Of a stretch of DNA of 64,000 bases, positions 10,209 to 18,498 are shown one piece after another. The translations under genes and the position numbers were made by a program. Every line of letters starts with the position of its first letter. Position 1 is the stretch's first letter. Under the pieces are notes generated by a model. It was not told the DNA's origin. It made no database searches and saw only the letters and a list, made by a program, of their open reading frames with translations. Where the stretch lies: assembly GCA_052279835.1 (NCBI GenBank), contig CP181291.1, positions 4,416,001 to 4,480,000 on the forward strand, given 5' to 3'. Source of the stretch: Microcoleus sp. (GTDB taxonomy: Bacteria; Cyanobacteriota; Cyanobacteriia; Cyanobacteriales; Microcoleaceae).

Positions 10209-11885
10209 TTAGAAGAGGGGGTCTTTGTCAGGTTCAGGAGTTGGAGAATGGGGGAGAGAGGGCGATGATTCTGGGGTTGATGGCGACTTGGTACTCTCAG
10301 ATGGGGGTCGAAAAAGGTCGTCAGGAGTTGGTGTTGCTTGGGGGCTAGCCGGTGGCGGGACGGAATTTTCAATGTCTTTAATCTCACGATCGCATTCTGC
10401 TAAACTAGCTTTCACTTTGTCAGCCACGAAGGAATCAGAAGCAATTGCTTTGAGCTTGTCTGCTGCTTGAGTCCACAGAGCTTTCTGTTTTGATAATTCG
10501 GTTTCTTTTGGTGCATCGGCTGCGATCGCCAGAGCTTCTTCTAATTGTTTCTGGGCTTGTTGTTCCCTTGTCAAACGCGCTTCCATCGCCGTCAACTCGC
10601 TTTGATAGGAAGGTAGCAGCTTTTCGGTGTCGGCGTGGACTTTGGCTGTTGAGGGAATGCTAGATAGTTGGTCGATCGCGCTTTTCATGCGATCGCGAGC
10701 CGTCTCCAACTCTTGGGCTGTTTGAGCATTTTGCCCTAAAACACGAGCGTCAGCAGCCTGTTTGACCGCGCTGTTGTAACTTTCGTTAAAGGGTTTATCC
10801 GCAGCACAGTTGTTGAGAGCGCCGCACACAAAAGGGATGCGAGACGACTCCAGACTAACAATCCCACCTACTAGCAGCAGAGTTGGTAGGACAATTAGGG
10901 CGATCGTTTTCCAAGGTGGATTGCCAGTATTTTGATTCCGATTAGAGTTTAGAGGGTATGGATTACCCGTATTTTGACTATCTGGAGAAAGTTGAGTCGG
11001 AGGTAGGCCTGAACCTTCACTCACTTCAGTTTTTGATGAACTCATAATAGTTTTTCTTTGTGTTTGGCTATTATCGAGAGCGTTTAATACTTCTCTAGCG
11101 GACTGATAGCGATCGCTCGGTTTTTTCTCCAACATCCTATCAAGTATCCGAGCCAGTTTGTCCGTGACATTCGCGTGCGATCGCCACTCCCACTCCCCAT
11201 CATAATTAATCAAAGTATTGGGTGCTTTACCAGTTAACAAGACAATCGCCGTCACCGCCAAAGCATACAAATCGCTATTCGGGTAACACTCGCCGCCCCG
11301 CAACTGTTCCGATGGAGCATAAGATCCTTTTCCTACATGAGTATATTGGTTTGAATTCCCAGTTGTACTTAGCTGTGTCTCCGCATATTTAACCACACCG
11401 AAATCAATCAGCAATGGCTTTTGTTTGCCATTTGGCAGCATGATATTGTCCGGCGAAATATCACGGTGAATAATCCCTTTTCCGTGAATATATATGAGAA
11501 CATCGAGAAGAACTCGCAGCCATTGAATAATCTCCTTTTCGGAAAATATTTGACCTTGCAGTAGTAAATTCCAGTATGTTTGACCGTTGACAAATTCCTG
11601 CACAATAAATAAGCGTCCATTGTCCTCAAACCACTCCAGAAACTCTGGGATTTGGCGGTGACTTAGCTTGGATAAAATCTTGGCTTCTCGCTCAAATAAT
11701 TCCCTAGATTTTTGTAAGACTGCTGGCGTGGTATTGCTGGGAGCAAACTCCTTGAGAACGCAGTAACTTTTTTCTTGTTTATCTAACGCTAAATAGGTGC
11801 GACCAAATCCACCTTGACCCAAAAGTCGGTCAATTTGGTAGCGATTTTTCATCAAAGTTCCAGCCGATAATTCTGGTATTATCAC
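10209..11885 (-). CDS. membrane-anchored Hanks-type Ser/Thr protein kinase
   Basis: GQGGFG, VLKE, HRDISPDN, DFG motifs; a TM segment (TIALIVLPTLLLVGGIVSL), then a helical and Pro-rich extracytoplasmic tail. Confidence 0.95.
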   Translation of the reverse strand: MIIPELSAGTLMKNRYQIDRLLGQGGFGRTYLALDKQEKSYCVLKEFAPSNTTPAVLQKSRELFEREAKILSKLSHRQIPEFLEWFEDNGRLFIVQEFVNGQTYWNLLLQGQIFSEKEIIQWLRVLLDVLIYIHGKGIIHRDISPDNIMLPNGKQKPLLIDFGVVKYAETQLSTTGNSNQYTHVGKGSYAPSEQLRGGECYPNSDLYALAVTAIVLLTGKAPNTLINYDGEWEWRSHANVTDKLARILDRMLEKKPSDRYQSAREVLNALDNSQTQRKTIMSSSKTEVSEGSGLPPTQLSPDSQNTGNPYPLNSNRNQNTGNPPWKTIALIVLPTLLLVGGIVSLESSRIPFVCGALNNCAADKPFNESYNSAVKQAADARVLGQNAQTAQELETARDRMKSAIDQLSSIPSTAKVHADTEKLLPSYQSELTAMEARLTREQQAQKQLEEALAIAADAPKETELSKQKALWTQAADKLKAIASDSFVADKVKASLAECDREIKDIENSVPPPASPQATPTPDDLFRPPSESTKSPSTPESSPSLPHSPTPEPDKDPLF

Positions 11886-11917
11886 TATTTGCTAATCCTG
11901 CTTCTATACTTCCTTAA

Positions 11918-12045
11918 CTGGTTCCCAGGCTCTGCCTGGGAAAACTCGGTTTCTCGCCCTAGCTATTTGCTCTCAGAAACCGGGTTTCTTCGTGAATTTC
12001 TCGTTACCAAACGCCAAACTCGTAGAAACCCGGTTTCTCGCCCTA
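11918..12045. repeat. cluster of palindromic small dispersed repeats
   Basis: CTGGTTCCCAGGCTCTGCCTGGGAA plus AGAAACC(C/G)GGTTTCT-type palindromes; related copies near 4774-4840, 23590-23615 and 48698-48733. Confidence 0.75.
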
Positions 12046-12063
12046 GCATAACTACAAAAACCC

Positions 12064-15000
12064 TCAACCAACTGAAGTTAGTCGCGTACCGCACTTAGCA
12101 CAAAATTTAGAGCTAGTGGGATTTTTGTGGCCGCAGCTAGTACAAAACACAAAGTTTTCAGCAGGTACTGTCGGCGGTTGAATTGGCGGTGCCGCCATAC
12201 CAACAGGAGCATTAATCACAGTAGGATCGGTATAAATCCTGTCCAATCCTGTAGATACTGCCGTTCCAGATTGAGGCTGCGGCACAACTGGACTGCTAGC
12301 CTCCGGCGCAGACAACTTGTAAGTTTGGATCGCCTCTTGAATAATCTTGAGTTCTCGTTTATAAACAGGGCTTTCATTTCCTCCTTCTTTGTCTAACTCA
12401 ATTTCCCGCTCGTCGAGATATGCCTTCAATTGGCTGAATAGGTGTTGTTTTTGCGGCAAAGTTTCCGCCGCAGTCAGGATTGCCTTCACCTGTTTTTCAA
12501 TCTCTTCCTTATCAGGACGACACGCCACCACTTCCAAAAGTTGCACCGTTTCTTCCCAGCTAGAAGCCAGATCCACATTCTCTTGACCCAGCACAGTTTT
12601 TACCGTGTAGCGAATCACATTTTCCTTAGTATTGCGGTTTTCTTCCCGCCGCAAAACGCCCAAAGCTCGTGCTTGCACCACCAATTCTAAAATTTTATTA
12701 TCCTCTGGAAATACATCCCAAAAAGGCGGTTCTTTTTGAATGTGAACTGGGATCGGAGGATCTTTGCTTTCTCCCCGTGCTTTTGCCCGTTTTGCTTGAA
12801 TCGATTGCCCTTTCCAATCTTGATAAGACTGTCGCAATTCCCGCATTCCTTCAATACAGCGCAGCGAAAAACCGCCGACTTCTTGCACAAAAACAATCCG
12901 GTGGCGTTCTGCTTCTCCGAGCGGGGTAATTGCATCATTGCTACCCACCCGTTCTCGGAGCAAAGGAATTAATCTGATGGCGGCTGCTTCAGTGGTGTTA
13001 CGCCCACCAACGAGGGCAGCTTTGGTATTAAGTGCTTCCGTAAACCCTGCATCTATGCCACTCATAATGGGCCTGGAAAGCAAAATTAAGGGTTTAGATT
13101 TGTCGTAGGCGATCTTTAATTGATTGCGGATGTCACCTTCGTCATTTTTAAACATTTTGAACAGTCCATCGCAGGCTGCTAAATCTCGTTGTAAGCGACT
13201 GCTATTAGGTACTGTCTTGATAACTAACCGCGTTTTTTGGTCGATAATTTCCTTGAAATCGGGATCTTGCACGTCCTGCAATTGCGGCAAATCAAACAGC
13301 CGCATTACCTCATTCGCCTCGCGGTTTTGTTTCCACATCGGACTAGCTTCAGCGAGCACTTGGCTTGACAAATTGCTGCAAGTTCCGTCCATCCCCAATT
13401 CATACTTGCTTTTCGCACCTTCGGAAGCACCTGCTAATTGCTCGATCGCATCTCGATACAAATCATTTAGCTGTTGACGGTCAAATAATTTGATACCGTT
13501 AATTACCAAAACATCAGCACTACTTGCTTGTTGGTCGGCTGCTGTTTGAAAGTCATCGCGATTTTGGCGCAACTTTTGATTTAAGCGAGCCAAGCGAGTT
13601 TCTAATTGCGTTAAATGCTCTTGCAACCTGACAATTACTTCTAATCCCAAGGCTCTAGATTTGCGCTGAACAATTGCAATCAAACTCCCCTCTAACCCGC
13701 TAAGAGCCGTAGCACAATACTTTTCCATAGCATCTTGTTTGCTCAAACCAAACTGCTCTTGGGAGTGTCGAATATCTTCCAAACCCTTTTGGTATTGTTG
13801 GAAAAAACCAGCCTCATTTGGCTCCCAAACTTTTTCCGCTTCCCGGCGAAACTTCTCAACAGCATTTTGAAAAATCTGCCGCACTGTGGTGATAAAAGCA
13901 TCAGCAAATTTTGGCCCTTTGTTGCGGTCTTCCAGAATTGTGTAAAACTCAGCTTCTAGGGCTCTGCGTCCTTCTTGGATAATCCGGTTGCGGTTGTCAT
14001 ACATTTTTTGCAAGTAATCGCCGTGTAGTCGCTCATCTGGACCCATTTCCCGCAGGTGATCGTTGCGATATTCCTCGACTTTTTTCTGCAAATAATTGAC
14101 AAATTCCAGAATCTTGCCTTTTTCTGAGCCGAAAATACCCAATAATCCTTGTTGAGTGGATTGAAGTTTGTTATCTGCATTAATCTCATTACGGATACTA
14201 TTTACCCAGTTAGAAAGTTCTGCTAAATAAGATTTATCGCCCGCTGCACTCAAGTCAATCAGCATTTCCATTTCTGTCAACCGAATCCGCTTGAGGTCAC
14301 TTTGTACAACCTCCAACAAATTGGGGACTAATTGCACAGATTCATTCAGCCACCAAGTCACAAAATCAGCAGCTAGCCGATTGGATAAAGATGTACGAAT
14401 TTGGGCGATGGGAATTTCAATTGTTGACAACCCAAAACTCATAAATTGTTTGGAATAGCCACGCCCACCCGGGTCTTGTGCAGCCCAGGAACCTTTAATG
14501 TTATCTCGGATCGATCGCTTGTGCGGAGCAAAATCTGAGGTCAAGTCCAGAAAGATATTTTGACCGATCATTTCCCGAATTTGGTCTAGGGGAAATTCAG
14601 CTTCACCGTTTCTAGTGCCGACTAAATAAGTAAAATCAAATGGTGGTCTTTTGTCCCGGATTTCATCTATCAAACCGGCACTAAATTGCGCTGCATATTC
14701 TGTGCGATAATCGGAGAAATAGCTCAATTCCATTAAGGCTGCGTAACCGTTAGCTACAACCCGATCGCCTACATTGATACCAGCAAAAGCATTAGGCATC
14801 GGCACAATGGCTGTAGTAGTAGAACTTGCTTTTCCTTGCAACCACTTGCGGACAGCATAGCCGATATCGATGAGCATTCCACTGCCGGTACCCCCAGAAA
14901 TTGAGCCGGTGATAAACACGTTTACGGAGTTAGCGTTTACCTTAACGTTGTATTTGTCCAGCATAAAATTCTCGTGACCTTTTACGCGATCGCACGCTGA

Positions 15001-15414
15001 ATTAAATGCTTGTTTAATCTTATGATAGTTACAGAAAAAAGCAAACCGACCGCAGGCACGAATCTGTCCGGCTCCCGCTTCTAAAGCCGTCATATTTCGC
15101 TCTAATTCATTGGGAAACCAAGATTCTATCCAGGGGAAGTTCCCCATATTAGACATGATATTTTCAACTTCATTACCGCTGACTTTAGCAAAGTATTTCT
15201 CGTTGTCTTTAAACGGAGTTCCCCCCGCACCAGGATTGTTGAGTTTGTATTCTTTGTCCGTATCAATAATCAAAAAACTGATAATCGGAAAATTCCTTAA
15301 ACTCCCGTAAGTTTCTTCTACTAAACGCCGCACTCTTGCCAATACTTCATTGCCCGTTCCTCCTACTCCGATTAAAATTGTAGGAACCATACTTTTTTCA
15401 TCAACAGTAGCCAT
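12064..15414 (-). CDS. tubulin/FtsZ-like domain protein (Tubulin_2 / FtsZl1) with long helical region and C-terminal zinc ribbon
   Basis: ILIGVGGTG, GAGQIR and GSISGGTGSG tubulin signature; C-terminal CTSCG...CAKCG; ATG 15414 is preceded by a GGAGGAG RBS. Confidence 0.9.
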   Translation of the reverse strand: MATVDEKSMVPTILIGVGGTGNEVLARVRRLVEETYGSLRNFPIISFLIIDTDKEYKLNNPGAGGTPFKDNEKYFAKVSGNEVENIMSNMGNFPWIESWFPNELERNMTALEAGAGQIRACGRFAFFCNYHKIKQAFNSACDRVKGHENFMLDKYNVKVNANSVNVFITGSISGGTGSGMLIDIGYAVRKWLQGKASSTTTAIVPMPNAFAGINVGDRVVANGYAALMELSYFSDYRTEYAAQFSAGLIDEIRDKRPPFDFTYLVGTRNGEAEFPLDQIREMIGQNIFLDLTSDFAPHKRSIRDNIKGSWAAQDPGGRGYSKQFMSFGLSTIEIPIAQIRTSLSNRLAADFVTWWLNESVQLVPNLLEVVQSDLKRIRLTEMEMLIDLSAAGDKSYLAELSNWVNSIRNEINADNKLQSTQQGLLGIFGSEKGKILEFVNYLQKKVEEYRNDHLREMGPDERLHGDYLQKMYDNRNRIIQEGRRALEAEFYTILEDRNKGPKFADAFITTVRQIFQNAVEKFRREAEKVWEPNEAGFFQQYQKGLEDIRHSQEQFGLSKQDAMEKYCATALSGLEGSLIAIVQRKSRALGLEVIVRLQEHLTQLETRLARLNQKLRQNRDDFQTAADQQASSADVLVINGIKLFDRQQLNDLYRDAIEQLAGASEGAKSKYELGMDGTCSNLSSQVLAEASPMWKQNREANEVMRLFDLPQLQDVQDPDFKEIIDQKTRLVIKTVPNSSRLQRDLAACDGLFKMFKNDEGDIRNQLKIAYDKSKPLILLSRPIMSGIDAGFTEALNTKAALVGGRNTTEAAAIRLIPLLRERVGSNDAITPLGEAERHRIVFVQEVGGFSLRCIEGMRELRQSYQDWKGQSIQAKRAKARGESKDPPIPVHIQKEPPFWDVFPEDNKILELVVQARALGVLRREENRNTKENVIRYTVKTVLGQENVDLASSWEETVQLLEVVACRPDKEEIEKQVKAILTAAETLPQKQHLFSQLKAYLDEREIELDKEGGNESPVYKRELKIIQEAIQTYKLSAPEASSPVVPQPQSGTAVSTGLDRIYTDPTVINAPVGMAAPPIQPPTVPAENFVFCTSCGHKNPTSSKFCAKCGTRLTSVG

Positions 15415-15454
15415 AAGACTCCTCCTTTTTGTTTTTAATTTAACTTGTTTTAAA

Positions 15455-15595
15455 CTGGTTCCCAGGCTCTGCCTGGGAATCAATGTCCAGAGGCTCTGCC
15501 TCGCTTGGTTTACTTGGAAAAAGAGCCTTTTTTCCTTGGTAAAATTGGAGGCAGAGCCTCCGGGTATGCGTTCCCAGGCAGAGCCTGGGAACGAG
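15455..15595. repeat. MITE/REP-like nested palindromic element
   Basis: 25-bp terminal inverted repeats CT(G/C)GTTCCCAGGCTCTGCCTGGGAA with an inner GAGGCTCTGCCTC/GAGGCAGAGCCTC pair; half copy at 11918-11942. Confidence 0.8.
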
Positions 15596-15683
15596 TAGAA
15601 TGAGTTCTGATGCAAGAGGACTTTAGCTTTGAGGCAGGGATTTTAACCCCTGCCGGACTGCCGGACTAATGCCAGACCTAAAG

Positions 15684-16598
15684 TTAACAACCATCACCAA
15701 AAATTGGCAAACCAACTAATTTCCAGATAATGCTAGGCGTAAAAGCAGTCCAGAAAAAGGCATTGCCCAAGGCCGCCTTACCTGCTACAGTCATGTTCAT
15801 TTTCATTATGCCTTGAAACAACCAGCGGTCTAGTGGCATCGTCAGCGTCCACATCAAGGCAATCCAGGCAGCACCCAACCAAAAAATCACCCATTTAATA
15901 TTACTATTGAGCTTGGGAAATATTTTCTCGGTGAATGAAGTATTGAGATTAACATCGGCACCTGAAATATAAATTCCTCCTGTTTGTACAGTAGCTTGTT
16001 TCAGCGGCTCGAAACTTTTACCCCCGAAGGTAATGCCATTAATTTTAACTTTTTGAGCGACGGCTTCGCTGACAGTTTGCGGGGAAAGTTCTATTCCGGC
16101 ATCGCTAACAATCACAATTTCGCGACAGCTACTTGGCGCTGTTTTAAAAGCGTTTAATGCCTGCCGGATGGGAACATCTAGGCTGTCTTGGGGTGGTTCT
16201 GGTTGGATGGATTTAGGCAGGTTGGGGTCTTGCAGAGCTCGACCTAATTCTGCTTCTACTTTTTTGGTATCTGCGCTAAAGTTACTGGTTAATGCTGGAG
16301 CTTTGCCGCCGCCAATGCCAAAGACTTGAATTGTATTTGGGTTGCTTGGTAATTTAGAATTTACCTCTAAATAGGCTTTGACTGCTGCTACTTCTTGCTG
16401 CATGATTGTGCCGGGAGCATTGAAGGCTTGGGGTTGGTAGGTGCTGCTGCTGAGATCGAGGGCGATCGCCACTGCAATATTGGGTCTACCAAACCCGAAT
16501 ATGCCAAACAGTGCTGCTGCAATTAAACAGAAGCACAGCGCGATTAATGGTCTTTGAAATAAAGGATGTTGCCACAGCGGGCGTTGATTTCTAATCAC
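15684..16598 (-). CDS. membrane-bound von Willebrand factor A domain protein
   Basis: MIDAS DLSSS, IVIVSDA; N- and C-terminal TM segments; GTG 16598 chosen because the upstream part of the ORF is tandem repeat. Confidence 0.85.
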   Translation of the reverse strand: MIRNQRPLWQHPLFQRPLIALCFCLIAAALFGIFGFGRPNIAVAIALDLSSSTYQPQAFNAPGTIMQQEVAAVKAYLEVNSKLPSNPNTIQVFGIGGGKAPALTSNFSADTKKVEAELGRALQDPNLPKSIQPEPPQDSLDVPIRQALNAFKTAPSSCREIVIVSDAGIELSPQTVSEAVAQKVKINGITFGGKSFEPLKQATVQTGGIYISGADVNLNTSFTEKIFPKLNSNIKWVIFWLGAAWIALMWTLTMPLDRWLFQGIMKMNMTVAGKAALGNAFFWTAFTPSIIWKLVGLPIFGDGC

Positions 16599-16617
16599 CG
16601 ATCGACCTATAGTATAG

Positions 16618-16666
16618 CAGTTGACAGTTGACAGTTGACAGTTGATAGTTGACAGTTGACAGTTGA
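16618..16666. repeat. heptamer tandem repeat (CAGTTGA)n, STRR-type
   Basis: Seven units, one of them TAGTTGA. Confidence 0.9.
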
Positions 16667-16677
16667 TAGTCAACTGT

Positions 16678-18288
16678 TTACTTAACAGCATCGAACTGAT
16701 ATTTAGACCCCGGAGGACCGTCTTTACCTTCGATAGCTTTGACTAAGGGAATTTCTTTGAACAGGTCAAATTCCTTGGCAGTTCCCGATATCAAAGTTCC
16801 TGCGGTGAGGAATTTGACTGTTCCCTCGCGGGTGGGATTGCTGCTGGTTGCTGCTGCTAAAGCTTGGGTGGCATCGAAGGCAGTTGCAGTTCGCCAACTG
16901 ACTCTTCCTTTCCAAATTTCTGAGGCTTGTTTGGAAAAAGGATCGTCTTTTTCCCATCTCCAAGGAACGGCTAGCACTAAATCTTTAATAGCATCTCCTC
17001 CCTTGATTAAAGTAGTAGGATTATACAGTTCACTACCTCCCATTAAGGCTAAAGGTGGGGATGTATCTTTGTTGGCGATCGCGATCGCGATCGCCTGTTC
17101 TACTTGGTCTTTGCTCATCGCCATAAATACCACATTTGCTCCGGCCTTGCTCGCATCAGCGACAGCAGATTTGGCATCAAAAGTTGCACCAGCTTTGATG
17201 TCAACTTCTTTGACAATTTTGCCGCTAGCTTTTGGCACTTCGACAACTAATAGTTCCTTGAGTTGTTTGCTATAAACGCTGTCGGAGTTGTAGAAAATTG
17301 CGATCGCGGCGGGGGAGTGATTTTTCTTAGCATAATTCGCAACGGTTTCCCCCAGTTTCTGGAGGTAAGTTTTGAGCATTTCATCGGTTTTTTCCAGCAC
17401 CTTGGTTAATTTCAACGTCGCTTTGTTGGAAGAGTCGATGGTAACGCTGGAACTGACAGGCGAAATGGCAGCTAATCCTGCGGTTTCATAGGTTTTGATG
17501 GCATCTTGAGAACTGCTGTCGATGCCGTGTCCCAAAACTCCCAATACGTTGGGAGAGTTAACTAAGTCTTGGGCGATCGACACAGTTTTGCCAACTTCGT
17601 CATTAACAATTACAATTTCTAATAACCGACCGGGAACAGTCGAACTTTTGTTAAATTGATCTTGATATAAAGCAGCTCCTCGAAGCACTTCTTTTGCTGC
17701 ATCAGCGCTGGCACCAATGGGAACAACTACGGCAATAGTCAGGGGATTGCCTGTTTTTTGAGCCGTCGCATTGTTGAGGTATATTTTAGTTTCCGGGTCG
17801 TTGGGGTCGGTTTTGGTAGCTGCTTCATATTTGGCGATCGCCTCATCCCAATTTTTGCTAACAAATGCAGCAGCCCCAGCTTGTTTCTCAGCATCAGCTT
17901 TGCCGCCTGTTAGCAGAATTTTTTCCCCTTGACTAATCAGCGCGGCGCTGACTGCTTTAGAACTGATGAGATCCCCTGGTGACACAGCAGTTGCGGTAGT
18001 AGATGTAGATGTGGCATCTGCTGCTGTTACAGAAGAATCTGGTGTTTTGCCACCTGAAAACGCTTTGTACAAGCCAAATCCGACACCGCCTAAGACTAAT
18101 ACTCCTAATACTCCTGCTAAAGCCATCAGAATTGGTTTTGTTGGCGGTTTTGGAGGCTCATCAACCATAGCGTCTTTCGGTAAGCCACACATACAGAATG
18201 ACCCGTCGTTGTCACAAGGTTGGTGGGGGCCAGTACCGTTATATTTTTCTGGATTATGTTTGGGTACGCCGTCGCAGGTCCAACTCAT
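16678..18288 (-). CDS. membrane-anchored protein with periplasmic branched-chain amino-acid-binding (LivJ/ANF receptor) fold and Cys-rich N-terminus
   Basis: N-terminal WTCDG...CDN...CMCG, TM helix, TPR-like PNDPETKIYLNN, IAVVVPI, VLGVLGH, VSWRTATAFDA. Confidence 0.8.
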   Translation of the reverse strand: MSWTCDGVPKHNPEKYNGTGPHQPCDNDGSFCMCGLPKDAMVDEPPKPPTKPILMALAGVLGVLVLGGVGFGLYKAFSGGKTPDSSVTAADATSTSTTATAVSPGDLISSKAVSAALISQGEKILLTGGKADAEKQAGAAAFVSKNWDEAIAKYEAATKTDPNDPETKIYLNNATAQKTGNPLTIAVVVPIGASADAAKEVLRGAALYQDQFNKSSTVPGRLLEIVIVNDEVGKTVSIAQDLVNSPNVLGVLGHGIDSSSQDAIKTYETAGLAAISPVSSSVTIDSSNKATLKLTKVLEKTDEMLKTYLQKLGETVANYAKKNHSPAAIAIFYNSDSVYSKQLKELLVVEVPKASGKIVKEVDIKAGATFDAKSAVADASKAGANVVFMAMSKDQVEQAIAIAIANKDTSPPLALMGGSELYNPTTLIKGGDAIKDLVLAVPWRWEKDDPFSKQASEIWKGRVSWRTATAFDATQALAAATSSNPTREGTVKFLTAGTLISGTAKEFDLFKEIPLVKAIEGKDGPPGSKYQFDAVK

Positions 18289-18498
18289 TTTTGCTACCTT
18301 TCTTTTTTACCCTTTTGGGTATTGTACAGCTTGACATCTGTCTTGAGAAAGGTTAGCGGGGTAAAATACCAAATCTTTAAAATAGCCGGAAGGAAATCCC
18401 CCCCAGGGAGGGAGGGGAGAAATTAGCCACTAAAATCAAAAATGGGGTGAGTCACCCGAAGTTGGGATGAAACACCCCTACAGTCACCAGAATTGATG

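Noticed and set aside
15415..15615. N-terminal extension of the tubulin-like ORF
   Set aside because: It reads through a palindromic repeat element; a strong RBS supports ATG 15414. The same applies to the extensions at 16599-16691, 20245-20409, 35190-35282 and 60246-60476.
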